Shown: positions 1-12,904 of the stretch, piece after piece | Layout: each line of letters begins with the position of its first letter | How positions within the stretch are numbered: position 1 is the first letter of the stretch | DNA from: Mustelus asterias | Lineage: Eukaryota | Assembly: GCF_964213995.1 (NCBI RefSeq) | Contig: NC_135808.1 | Span: forward strand, 7,130,001 to 7,194,000 | Direction: 5' to 3' | Length of the DNA stretch: 64,000 nucleotides | Made by a program: the position numbers and the translations under genes | Notes under the pieces: model-generated | Databases searched by the model: none | What the model was told of the DNA's origin: nothing | What the model saw: only the letters and a program-made list of their open reading frames with translations

Positions 1-559
1 CGTGTCGACACTATATTAAGAAAGCCCACCAATGCCTCCACTTTCTCAGAAGACTAAGGAAATTTGATATGTCCACTATGACTCTCACCAGCTTTTACAG
101 ATGCACCATAGAAAGCATCCTTTCTGGTAGTATCACAGCTTGGTATGGCTCCTGCTCTGCCCAAGACCGCAAAAAACTACAAAGGGTCATGAACGAAGCC
201 CTGTCCATCATGCAAATCAGTCTCCCACCCATTCTCACTGTCTACACTTCCCGCTGCCTCGGAAGAGCAGCCAGCATAATCAAGGACCGCATGTACCCTG
301 GACATACTCTTACCTTCTTCCGTCAGGGAAAAAGATACAAAAGTCTGAGGACACGTACCAACTGACTCAAGAATAGCTTCTTTCCTGTTTCCATCAGACA
401 TTAAGTTAATCTTTCTCGACACCCTAGTTATGACTGTAACACTACATTCTGCACTCTCTCCTTTCCTTATCTATGAACGGTATACTTTGTATAGCACACA
501 AGAAACCATACTTTTCACTGTATACCAATACATGTGACAAGAATAAATCAAATCAAATC
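1..559 (+). mobile_element. Rex1/Babar-type LINE 3' end
   Basis: FYRCTIESILSGSITAWYGSCS C-terminal peptide; AATAAA followed by a (TCAAA)n tail. Confidence 0.8.
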
Positions 560-919
560 CGAGCAGAAGAGGACATTCGGTCTATAGAGTGTGCACTGAC
601 TCTCTGACAGAGTATCTCACCCAGGCCGTCTTCCCTACTCCCCCTCTCTATCCCTGGAACCTTACAACTTTATCATGGTTAATCCCCCTCATTTACACAT
701 CTTGGGATACCAGAGAGCAATTTAGCATAGCCAATCCACCTAACCTGCACATCTTTGGACAATGCAACTCTACACCGTAGGCAGATCATAATCTGTGGCA
801 AAATGCAGCAAATCAAGTCGGATTTAAAATAAATAAATATTTGCATGTTTTTTTTAGTGCCTTCCACCACCGCTGAATTTTGAAGAGATTCTTGTAATCT
901 GAGGAAACGTTCTGGCTAT

Positions 920-1749
920 TTAAAAAAAAATTATGTCTAATCAAAGTCTAGACCAGCGAGACATTACAGATACAAGCTGACAAGACTGGCTGCCCTCTTC
1001 CTGTCTTGGGTTCGATCATAAGACCATAAGACCATAAGACATAGGAGCGGAAGTAAGGCCATTCGGCCCATCGAGTCCACTCCACCATTCAATCATGGTT
1101 GATTTCAACTCCATTTACCCGCTCTCTCCCCATAGCCCTTAATTCCTCGAGAAATCAAGAATTTATCAATTTCTGTCTTGAAGACGCTCAACGTCTCGGC
1201 CTCCACAGCCCTCTGTGGCAATGAATTCCACAGACCCACCACTCTCTGGCTGAAGAAATTTCTCCTCATCTCTGTTCTAAAGTGACTCCCTTTTATTCTA
1301 AGGCTGTGCCCCCGCGTCCTAGTCTCCCCTGTTAATGGAAACAACTTCCCTACGTCCATCCTATCTAAGCCGTTCATTATCTTGTAAGTTTCTATCAGAT
1401 CTCCCCTCAACCTCCTAAACTCCAATGAATATAATACCACGATCTTCAGACGTTCATCGTATGTCAGGCCTACCATTCCTGGGATCATCCGTGTGAATCT
1501 CCGCTGGACCCGCTCCAGTGCCAGTATGTCCTTCCTGAGGTGTGGGGCCCAAAATTGCTCATAATCCAAGCTGATCAGAGCAGGCATTACACCTCCTCCA
1601 AGGCTTGGTCTCATTTGCATCTTAGCCAAAAGGGCTAGATGCCGTTTTAAAAAATTGCTTCAAATGAAGCCTTTGTGTAACCTCATTGACTTCTATCAAG
1701 TGCAGGATAGCAAAACTACTCTTGATCTTAGCCAAAGGCTGAGAAACAT
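920..1749 (-). mobile_element. Element with two U2 snRNA 5'-derived segments, interrupted by a CR1 insertion
   Basis: 1749-1715 matches U2 nt 1-37; 1644-1619 is a second U2-like segment; TCAGCTTG motif occurs on both sides of the CR1. Confidence 0.65.
1017..1560 (-). mobile_element. CR1 LINE 3' fragment
   Basis: QFWAPHLRKD..LERVQRRFTRMIPG..FFSQRVV..WNSLP peptide; (CATAAGAC)n tail. Confidence 0.9.
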
Positions 1750-1980
1750 TCTGGCTAATTTGTGCTGAATCATGCCCGAGGGACAGCAATGTAAATTGAG
1801 GGATGAATGTGGAGCTGCAATCTGAGAGAATCAGTGTAATAGTGGCTAGGGGGTGTGTGTGTTTTGCACCCATCTTGAGGGGTCAGACTGAGTCTCGGTT
1901 TAATGTTTCCTTCAGACAGCAGCATCTATGACAGTGCAGCGCTCCCTCAAGACTGGGTTCGCCCACATTCCAAACTTCGA

Positions 1981-2125
1981 CAAAAGCAAAATACTGTGGA
2001 TGCTGGAATCTGAAACAAAAGCTCTGACGAAGGGTCACCCAGACTCGAAACGTTAGCTCAATTCTCTCTCCACAGATGCTGTCAGACCCGCTGAGATTTT
2101 CCAGCACTTTCTGATTTTGTCTCAA
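1981..2125. mobile_element. PLE terminal fragment with inverted arrangement
   Basis: Same repeat as 33503-33627 in mixed orientation; carries a hammerhead. Confidence 0.65.
2020..2058 (+). ncRNA. Minimal hammerhead ribozyme motif (PLE family 1)
   Basis: AGCT-CTGACGA-A-GGGTC accca GACTC-GAAA-CGT-T-AGCT. Confidence 0.7.
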
Positions 2126-2494
2126 TCTTTGAACTGAGGTTCGAACTCCCAACCTTCATAATTTCAAAGCAAGAGGGTTAGGCATCGAGTTAAACCTTAA
2201 CGACAACAACCCACCCTTCAACCAACAACCTACCCACCAACAATCCCTATCAGAAAACCCCCAGGACATTTTTCCCCCCCGCCGTCTGACCTCCCCCCAC
2301 CCCCCCCCAGTAGCCATCTACCATCCCCCTCCACCCCCGACAAAACCAGAGTCTGACTCAGCAACAGATACAAAACCTCCACAGTCACGAAACCCCCAAA
2401 AAGTCTCTTCAACACACGCATCACCTTGATATCCACCCCAGCCCCTGGAAACACAGAAACCCCCAACTTAACAGCCCGCTCCCCCTAACACATA

Positions 2495-3132
2495 TGAAGT
2501 AGAAAGGATCGAGAGCTTCAAGGTTTTAGGTGTCCAGATCACCAACAACCTGTCCTGGTCCCTCTATGCCGACACTATAGTTAAGAAAGCCGACCAACAC
2601 CTCTACTTTCTCAGAAGACTAAGAAAATTTGACATGTCTGCTACGACTCTCACCAACTTTTACAGATGTACCATAGAAAGCATTCTTCCTGGTTGTATCA
2701 CAGCTTGGTATGGCTCCTGCTCTGCCCAAGACCACAAGGAACTACAAAAGGTCGTGAATGTAGCCCAATTCATCACGCAAACCAGCCTCCCATCCATTGA
2801 CTCTGTCCACACTTCCCACTGCCTCGGCAAAGCAGCCAGCATAATTAAGGACCCCACGCACCCCGGACATTCTCTCTTCCACCTTCTTCTGTCGGGAAAA
2901 AGGTACAAAAGTCTGAGGTCATGTACCAATCGACTCAAGAACAGCTTCTTCCCTGCTGCTGTCAGACTTTTGAATGGATTTATCTTGCATTAAGTTGATC
3001 TTTCTCTACATCCTAGCTATAACTGTAACACTACATTTTTCACTCTCTCGTTTCCTTCTCTATGAACGGTGTCTGTATAGCACGCAAGGAATAATACTTT
3101 ACACTGTGTTAATACAATAATAAATCAAATCA
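2495..3132 (+). mobile_element. Rex1/Babar-type LINE 3' end
   Basis: Same peptide and tail as 1-559. Confidence 0.8.
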
Positions 3133-3595
3133 ATCCTCAACAACCACCTCCCCCCAACCACCTAAAATATGGCAGAAGGAGACCATCACCCTGTTATCCT
3201 CTCCCCCCACTCCGCCCACACTCACCCCTTTTTCTTTCGCCATTTGAGGGTACTACCCCATTCACCAACCCCCACAAGAAAAAACTAACAGGAGTAGTAA
3301 TAATATATAAGATACAGAAAAAGGCCCAGGAGGCAAGAAGATAACAAGCCACAAGATAAGGGCACGGCATCACAGGGGGCAACAAGGATTGGACATGGGC
3401 CGAAAGACAAGTGGAAAAGCACAAAGAAAAGGGGACATATCCTCTCTCTGTCCGACCCAAAAACAGTATCACAAATGCTAATGACATTAGCAGGAAAATG
3501 AACAGCTTGCATTCTTGTAGAGCTTGAATAAATGTGAGTGGCAGCCAGTTGAGTACTCTGAAATGTAGCCACAGCTGCACTGTAAGAATTTCATG

Positions 3596-3601
3596 TTTAT
3601 T
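3596..3601 (-). terminator. Polyadenylation signal AATAAA of gene A
   Basis: tttatt on the + strand downstream of the stop codon. Confidence 0.55.
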
Positions 3602-3743
3602 ATGCATAATGCTAACAATAGTTTCTGATCTAGATTCCATTAATATTGTATCATTCAGGAGTACTGCTTAAATGCAAATGACTCATGGGTTAACCCTTGT
3701 TATTCCTCCCTCAAGGGTCCTGCAGTACATGTCTTTCCCACAG

Positions 3744-3896
3744 CTACTGGAATGTAGATTGGGTAAAGGTGAGACACTGGTTTGAAGGGTAGGGTCCTTT
3801 CATGGCGCTCGGTGCATCTACGGTGCTGTACTCAGGGACAGGAGCATTATAGTTGTGTGGCACAGTTGTCCCCTGTCTGCTGCCAGAAGATGTTTC
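3744..3896 (-). CDS. Gene A terminal exon (ETSSGSRQGTTVPHNYNAPVPEYSTVDAPSAMKGPYPSNQCLTFTQSTFQ*)
   Basis: Strong acceptor cttttttcttcgctcctag, 50 open codons in phase 0, TAG stop, AATAAA about 140 nt downstream. Confidence 0.78.
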   Translation of the reverse strand, partial: ETSSGSRQGTTVPHNYNAPVPEYSTVDAPSAMKGPYPSNQCLTFTQSTFQ

Positions 3897-6800
3897 CTAG
3901 GAGCGAAGAAAAAAGATGCAACCACAAAAAATCAACAGGAAGTGACTTATTTGGAACTTATAATTCGCTTATTTAAGGAAATAACTTAGGTTGGTATCAT
4001 GTACTCTGTGCATCCCAAAAGCCTTTCCCAGCCATCGGTGCACTTTTGAAGTGTCATCATTTCGGACACGTGGCAGCCAGGTTTTGCACAGCGTGATCCC
4101 ACCCACAAACTGCACCATGCTAACCGTGAATTTGGTCATTGCTGGGCTGTGGAAGAGACGGAATGGCTTCTGCTGACTTTGTATGGATTGCAGTGTAACA
4201 TTAGAATGGGGGGGGCTTGACCCCAGAATGGAGCTTGAACAGGAAATGGCCAGTTGAACCCAGTCTATGGCAATGGTGGCACAGGGATAACACTGCAGCA
4301 CCAGTAATCCAGGGGACCAGACTAATGCTCCAGAGACATGAGTTCAAATCCCATCAACAAGGTGGGAAATTTTTATTAAATTAATCGATCTGGACTCCAG
4401 AGGCACAGTACTGTGCTCAAAACTCACTTACAATTTCTAATGTATTTTAGGGAAGGAAATCTTCCATCCTTACTCATTCTGGCCTCCACGTGACCAGAGC
4501 CACAGCACGATGGTTAACTCTCTAATGCCCTCTGAAATGGCCAAGTGAGCTCGTCAGTTTCGTCAAACAACCCCAGTAACTCAAAGAGCCCTGGCAAAGC
4601 TGAAGCCAATGGGAATCAGCATCACTCTTTACAATGCAGAAGGAGGCCATTCGGCCCAACATGTCTGTACCGGCTCTCGGAAAGAACATTCTACCCAGTC
4701 CCACTCCCCTGCCTTATCCCCGTAAGCGTGCACATTCTTTCTTTTCCGATAGCAATCCAATTCCTTTCCAAAAAGGTTCCAATTGAACCTGTCTCCACCC
4801 TCCTCTCAGGAAGTTTGTTCCAGACCCCAACTGAGTGAAGAATGCACATCTCGCATCTCTACCACCCATCTCACCCCTTGCTTTGAATCTAGTTCATGAT
4901 GTAACTTTGAGTGGGAACATTTTCTCACTAATTACCCTCTCCATATCTCTCAGGATCTTGAATACCTCGATCAAGTCTCCTCTCAGCCTTGGTTTTTCCA
5001 GGAAAACCATCCCAACCTCTTCAAATTATCATCACAGCTGTAGTTCCTTTTTGCTGGAATCATTCTTGTGAATCTCCTCTGTACTCTCCCCAATTCCTTC
5101 ACATCCTTCCTCAAGTATGGCGCCCAGAACTGGATGCAGTTCTCCAGATGAGGCTTGACTAGTTATTGTACAAGTACGATATGGCTTACTCTTGTACTCA
5201 GTGCCCCCATTAATCAAACCTAGGATGCCACATGCTTTATTAACTGCACTCTCAAAATGTCCTGGCACCTTCAATGACTTATGTACATAGACACCGAGGT
5301 CCCTTTGGTCCAGCACCTTCTTTAGAATTTCTCTCATTATTTTACACTGTCTCTCCACACTCTTCTGAATCATCTCACACTTCGCTGCATTGAACTTCAT
5401 CTGCCACTTCTCTGCCCAATCTACCGACATGTCCATGTCCGTTCGAAGTTTAAGACCATGACGATGTTTCCCATCTACACGTCATCTAAAAATTTCAAAC
5501 AGGGGAAATACTTCACTGGTTGGAGACATGTCGAGCACAAAGGAATATTTTTGTGGTTGTTGACCAATTAACTCAGGGCATCGTCACATGCATCCCTCGT
5601 GGTCATACCCTCAGCCCAACCATCTTCAGCCCCCTATCAATGAGCATCCCTCCATCAGTGGGGATGTTCACTGATGATTGTACGGTGTTCAGTCCCATTT
5701 AAAAATCCTCAGTTACTCAAGCATTCGGTGTCACACGCAGCAAGACCTGGACAACATTCAGCCGAGGACTACCTAATGGCAAATAACATTTACGCCACAC
5801 AAGTGCCAGGCAGTGATCATCCCCCACAAGAAATAATATAACTATCACCCCTTGATATTCAACAACACTGCCAACATTGAGTTCCTCACTATCAACATCC
5901 TAGGGGGACAGGAGGTTATCCTTAATCAAAAAGTTTAAAAGAGCAGCCATATAGAATCACTACAGTGCATAAGGAGGCCATTCGGCTCATCGAGTCTGCA
6001 CCGAGCACAACCCACCCAGGCCCCACTCCCACAACCCCACACATTCACCCTGCTAATCCCCCTGACACTAGGGTCAATTTAGCATGGCCAATCAACCTTA
6101 CCCGCACATCTTTGGACTGTGGGAGGAAACAGGAACTCCCGGAGGGAACCCACGCAGACACAGAGAGAACGTGCAAACACACACAGACAGTGACCCGAGA
6201 CCGGAATTGAACCTGGGTGTTTGGCGCTGTGAGGCAGTAGTGCTAACCACTGTGCCACCCATATAAACATAATGGCTATGAGAGCAAGCCAGAGGCTGGG
6301 AAATCTGCAGCACATAACTCACCTGACTTCACAGAGCCTGTCTACAAGGCACAAGTCAGGAGTGTGATGGAATACTCTCCACTTACCTGGATGGGTGCAG
6401 CTCCAACAACACTCAAGAAGCTCGACACCATCCAGGACAAAGCAGTCAACCTGATCGGCACCCCATCCCCCAATCTTCAACATTCAATCCCTCCACCAAC
6501 GCGCAGTGGCAGCTGTGTGTGCCATCTACAAGATGCACTGCAGCAACTCACCAAGGCTCCTTCAACAGCAATTCCAAACTTATGATTTCTATCACCTAGA
6601 AGATCAAAGGCAGCAAATGCATGGGGGCACCACCACCCGCAAGTTCCCCTGCAAGCCACACAGCAACCTAAATTGGTATGATATTGCCATTCTTACACTG
6701 CCACTGAGTCAATATCATGGAACTCCCTGCACGATGACACAATGGTTCGCACTGCCGCCTCACAGCGTCAGGGACCCAAGTTCAATTCTGACCTCGACTC

Positions 6801-9800
6801 GCTGTCTGTGTGGAGTTTGCATGTTCTCCCCGTGTCTGCGTGGGTTTTCTCCCAGAGTCCAAAGATGTGCAGCTTAGGTTGATTGGCCATGCCAAGTCAG
6901 GGGGACCAGCAGGGCAAATGCATGGAGTTACAGGGATAGGGCCTGGGTGGGATTGTTGTTAGTGCAGGCTTGATGGGCTGAATGGCCTCCTTCTGCACTG
7001 TAGGGATTCTATGATTCCCTCAGCAACAGTCCACTGGATGGACTAAGATGGTCTGCACTATTTCAAGAAGGAAGCTCACCACCACATTCCCAAGGGCAAT
7101 TTAGGGTGGGGAAAAAATTCTGGCCTCGTCAGCGATGCTTACAATTATAACTATAAACATAACACCCATTTTGAAGCTAATTGGATTGGGGAAGTATATG
7201 CAATTTTCATGTGTATAATGTGATTTGAAATTAGAATAGAAATGATCTTACCTGAAGGTCAATTATCTCTGTAATATGAACATACAATGTTACACAGTTA
7301 CATAAAGCAGACATGGTATAATTGCTCTCAATCAACAGATCCTACTTTCTACTTTCTCTCCCTCAAACCCTCCCTTCATTCTGGTCGTAGACATACTGAC
7401 ATTGGCTTGGTACACTGCTTGGTGTGCATGCCAGGTTGCAATATTCATACAAGTAGGCATTATTCATATATAGCATGTAACCAGGAGAGTTAGAATTTCC
7501 CCATCAGCAATGCTCTCACAATGGCCACGCACCTATTAAGAATCACCAACCTGTAAGTTTTCAAAGTCAGGAATGATACCCGGAATATAGTAACAGGATG
7601 AGGTTATTTAGCCCCTCGATCCTGTTCCACTATTCAGTTGCTTCTTCATCAGGTGACCTGATGAAGGAGCAGTGCTCCGAAAGCTCGTGATTCCAAATAA
7701 ACGTGTTGGACTTTAACCTGGTGTTGTGAGACTTCTGCCTGTGCCCACCCCAGTCCAACGCCGGCATCGCCGCATCATGGCTACCATTCTGTTGGATCAT
7801 GCCTGTTCTTTATCTGAAGCTTACCTATCCACAGGGATTCCACAATGATATCCTGGCCAATGGAAAGTTTCTCAATCTTAGTTTTGAATGTTTAATAAGC
7901 CCCAGTAGCTTATTGAGGGGGAGAGGGTTCCAGATTTAGAAATCATAGAAACCTGACAGTACAGAAAGAGGCCATTTGGCCCATCAAGTCTGCACCAACC
8001 ACAATCCCACCCAGGCCCTACCCCCATATCCCTACATATTTTACCCGCTAATCCCTCTAATCTACGCATCCCAGGACACTAAGGGGCAATTTTTTAGCAT
8101 GGCCAATCAACCTAACCCGCACATCTTTGGACTGTGGGAGGAAACCGGAGCACCCGGAGGAAACCCACGCATACACGAGGAGAATGTGCAAACTCCACAC
8201 AGACAGTGACCCAAGCCGGGAATCGAACCCAGGTCCCTGGAGCTGTGAAGCAGCAGTGCTAACCACTGTGCTACCGTGCCGTAATTTCTATTACTCTCTA
8301 TGTGATAATGTAATTCCAAACCTCTCAAAGCATCTTAAAGTGTAGCCGTGAAACATGGCAGCCAATTTGCATTCAGCAAGTTCCCAAAAACAGCACCGTG
8401 ATAGATCAGAAAGATCTGATATTGATTGCGGGATAACCACTGACCAGGACACTGTGCAGAAGTACTCTGTTGCTCCAGTCCCACGTCGTCCCTTTAAGGA
8501 CAATGCAAATCATTACATCCAATGTTGTGATTTGTGGTGACTGTCCCTTTAAGGGCATCACATGGGATTTTCTTAATGCTGAGTAGTCAGACTTTTTGAC
8601 ATCCCACCTGCGAGACAGCATTGTAAGGCAGCTCAGCATTGAAGGAATGTCAGCCTCGATTTTGTCTGCTCATAAGCTGGAAAGGGACATAAACCCACAA
8701 CCTTCTGAGTCAAGAGGTGACTGGTACTAAATGGACCCTAGTTTATTTTGTTTCCATAGAGTTGCGATTACTCTCACCAATTTTTACAGATGCACCGTAG
8801 AAAGCATCCTTTCCAATTATATCACAGCTTGGAATGGTTCCTGATCTGACCAAGACCACAAGAAACTTCAAAGAGTTGTGAACGTAGCCCAGTCCATCAC
8901 TCAAACCAGCCTCCCATCCATTAACCCCGTCTACACTTCCCACTTATGATGCGGGAAAGCAGCCAGCATAATCACCCCAGACATACTCTCTTCCACCTTC
9001 TTCTGTCAGGAAAAAGATACAAGAGTCTGAGATCATGTAACAACTGACTCAAGAATAGCTTCTTCCTTACTGCCATCAGACTTACAGTTTAAAGTTTATT
9101 TATTAGTGTCACAAGTAGGCTTACATTAACACTGCATGAAGTTACTGTGAAAATCCCATAGTCGCCACACTCTGGCGCCTTTTCGGGTACACGGAGGGAG
9201 AATTTAGCATCTAACTAGCACGTCTTTCAGACTGTGGGAGGAAACTGGAGCACCCGGAGGGAATCCCACGCAGACACGGGGAGAAGGTGTGTGACCCAAG
9301 TCGGGAATCGAACCCGGGTCCCTGGCGCTGTGAGGCAGCAGTGCTAACTTTTGAATGGACCTATTATATATTAAGTAAAAATCCCAATTCACGTGATATT
9401 AATAAAACAAATCAAAAGCTGTGCACACAGCGAGCAGGATGGAGGTTCTTCTTGAAGGTGAGGTGATCGCTCCATGCATGGTCCTGGTTATTGATTGCAT
9501 GGCCAATGTCCCTTAATTACTGACAACTCTTTCTAGAATCGATACTTAAGCGCCACTTAATCGCCGTTATGCATCGCGGCAGGAAAAGAAAATCAGCCTG
9601 AAAAGGCGCCATGTTTGACTTTGAACTGCACTATTGTCTAAAATGAAGGAATGTGCAATGAAGAATTACCGTATACATAGTCCGACCTTCTGGCCAGTGT
9701 GACCGTCTGTGCTCTGCAAGATAAGAACAAGTTAAATGTAATGCCAGATTCCACATTGCTAAATTGTAAATGCCAATGTATCCATGAATAACAATGAATT

Positions 9801-12800
9801 ATTCTGTTACATACCTTTTAAGCCTTGAGATAACTAAAGTAAAAGGAAAGGGTTTAAGATTAGAGGTGTATTTTTTTAGTGTCCTTGCAAATAACAGCTA
9901 TTAATGTTTGTAGAATTACATGTATGAATAAAAGGCGCAATTTCTGTATCCATTGCCAAGTTTGCCACAGATATGTAATTACAGGCCGGCATTAATTGTT
10001 CGAACAATTAACAGAAATGCTTTCTTTTAACCATTCATGGGATGTGGTTGAGCCAACATTTATTGCCCATCCCCAGTTGAGTCAACCATATATGGATCTG
10101 GAGTCACATGTAGGCCAGACCAGTTAAGGCTGGTAGATTTTATTCCTTAAAGGACATTAGTGAACCAGATGGGTTTTTACAATCTACAACAGTTTCATGA
10201 TCATCTTTTGACTTTTTTTTAATTAGAGGTCATAGAGTCATAGAGGTTTACAGCATGCAAACAGGCCCTTCGGCCCAACTTGTCCATGCCACCCCTTTTT
10301 TAACCCCGAAGCTAGTCCCAATTGCCTGCGTTGGGCCCATATCCCTCTATATCCATCCTACCCATGTAACTGTTTAACTTTTTAAAAGACAAAATTGTAC
10401 CCGCCTCCACTACTAGCTCTGGCAGCTTGTTCCAGACGCTCATCACCCTCTGTGTAAAAAACAATGGCCCCTCTGGACACTTTTGTACCTCTCCCCTTTC
10501 AGTTCCAGAATTTTTCATTGAATTCAGATTTCACCAGCTGCCATGGTGGGATTTGAACCCAGGTCCTCAGAGCATGACTCTGGGTCTCTGGATTACTAGT
10601 CCAGTGACAATACCATAATGCCACCACCTCCCTGCTGAAGCTATAATTACCTTTATGTTGATGGTATATCCGCGCGAGTAGGAGCACCATTATCAGAATG
10701 GATAACCCTAGGAATCCCAGCATCAGCGGTTGTAGTCGATCTTTGGTTGCCACGCATGCTGAGGGACAATCAGTTACCTTCCCTGGTGTGAGACAACAGA
10801 GGTTTATTTCACCATTCACAGTTTAACCATTAGCAATCTGAAACCCTGAGAGAAAATAGATTGGGGGAGAGTTTCCTTGAAAGTCAAGTTGGATATTATT
10901 GGCAACAGGACACTTGAAAAACATTGCTGGGGTTGTAAACTCAGTGCATTAAACAGACCCAAGTAATCAACTTAATTCGTTAAGTTTAACTTAATTCATT
11001 AATTAATTAACTTAATTAATAAGGAAATTTGGCATGTCAGCTACAACTCTCATCAGCCTTTACAGATGCACCATAGAAGGCATTCTTTCTGGTTGTATCA
11101 CAACTTGGTATGGCTCCTGCTCTGCCAAGACCTCAAGAAACTACAAAAGGTCGTGAACGAAGCCCAGTCCATCACGCAAACCAGCCTTCCATCCATTGAC
11201 TCGGTCTACACTTCCCGCTGCCTCGGTAAAGCAGCCAGCATAATCAAGGTCCCCACGCACCCCGGACATTCTCTCTTCCACCTTCTTCCATTGGGGAAAA
11301 CATACAAAAGTCTGAGGTCACGTACCAACCGACTCAAGAACAGCTTCGTCCCTGCTGCCATCAGACTTTTGAATGGACACCTCTGTTAAGTTGATCTTCC
11401 TTTACACCCTAACTATGACTGTAACACTACATCCTGCACTCTCTCCTTTCCTTCGCTTTGTCTTTGTCTGTATAGCGCAAGAAACAATACTTTTCACTGT
11501 ACACTAATACAAGTGACAATAATAAATCAAATCAAATCAAATCAAAATAATTCAACTGAGGTTTTCTGTGACATCCAGTCAATGCAATGGAGTTTATAAA
11601 GATTATTTAATTTTCAAGTTTTATTTATTAGTGTCACAAGTAGGCTTACATTAACACCGCAATGAAGTTACTGTGAAAATCCCCTAGTTGCCACACTCTG
11701 GCGCCTATTTGGGTACACTAAGGGAGAATTTAGCATAGCCAATGCACCTAACCAGCACGTCTTTTGGACTGTGGGAGGAAACCAAAGCACCCGGAGAAAA
11801 CCCACACAGACACGGGGAGAACGTGCAAACTCCACACAGACAGTGACCCAAGCCAGGAATCAAATCCGGGACCCTGGTGCTGTGAGGCAGCAGTGCTAAC
11901 CACCGTGCCACCCTACGGATGAGAAGATGGTGGGGAAGTTTAGCTTCTCGACTGGAGGTGAGGGCATTTCAAGGGCAATTAGAGATGGACTTTGCCAACA
12001 GTGCCCATACAAGAGGTCACAGATATAGTTTGAGAGGCATTAGATTTAACACTGAGATGAAGATGAACTACTTTTCAAAGAGGGTGGTGAACTTGTGGAA
12101 CTCGCTGCCCCATAACGCGGTGAAGTCTATATCATTGAATGGTTTCAAGATGGAGATAGATATATTTCTGATAAAAAAAGGCTAAGGGGAACAGGTAGGA
12201 AGGTGGATTTCAGACCATGGAGAGATCAACCATGATCTGATTGAATGGCAGAACAAAGTAAAGTTTACTTATTACTCACAAGTAGGCTTACATTAACACT
12301 GCAATGAAGCTACTGTGAAATTCCCCCAGTTGCCACTGTCCAGCACCTTTTCACCCAATGCACCCAACCAGCAAGTCTTTCAGGATGTGGGAGGAAACCA
12401 GGGCACCCAAAGGAAACCCACGCAGACAACGTGTAGACTGTGAACCAAGCCGGGAATCGAACTGGGTACCTGGCGCTGTGAGGCAGCAGTGCTAACCACT
12501 GTGCCGCAGGCTTGAAGGGCTGAATTTGCCTACTTCTGCTACTAATTAAAGAGAACAAAGAACCATGAACAGTACAGCACAGGAACAGTCCCTTCGGCCC
12601 ACCAAGCCTGCGCTGATTGCATTGTCCTACCTGGGACAACCAATTCCTATGTTCCTATACCATATCAAAGAATAAAACAATCTGATCACAGGCACTTCAT
12701 CATTTGGGGAAATGAATTAATTTCCAACTGGCATGTGTTGGAAGTAAGTTAGGGGCAAAGAAGGAGGTCAGGCAGAAATGGATCAACTCAGAAGGAATAG

Positions 12801-12870
12801 ATTTCCGTGAGTAAAGAAGTGAGTAATACAAACACATTCAATAAAGGGCAAGAGGGGGAGGAGACAGCAG

Positions 12871-12904
<34 letters not shown>

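Noticed and set aside
3194-3640. 148-aa hydrophobic ORF as a membrane protein
   Set aside because: It derives from strand-biased low-complexity repeat-like sequence overlapping the gene A 3' end, with no recognisable domain.
7252-7314. MSALCNCVTLYVHITEIIDLQ as the leader exon of a third gene
   Set aside because: It ends in phase 0, is weakly hydrophobic, and no V exon follows within the window.
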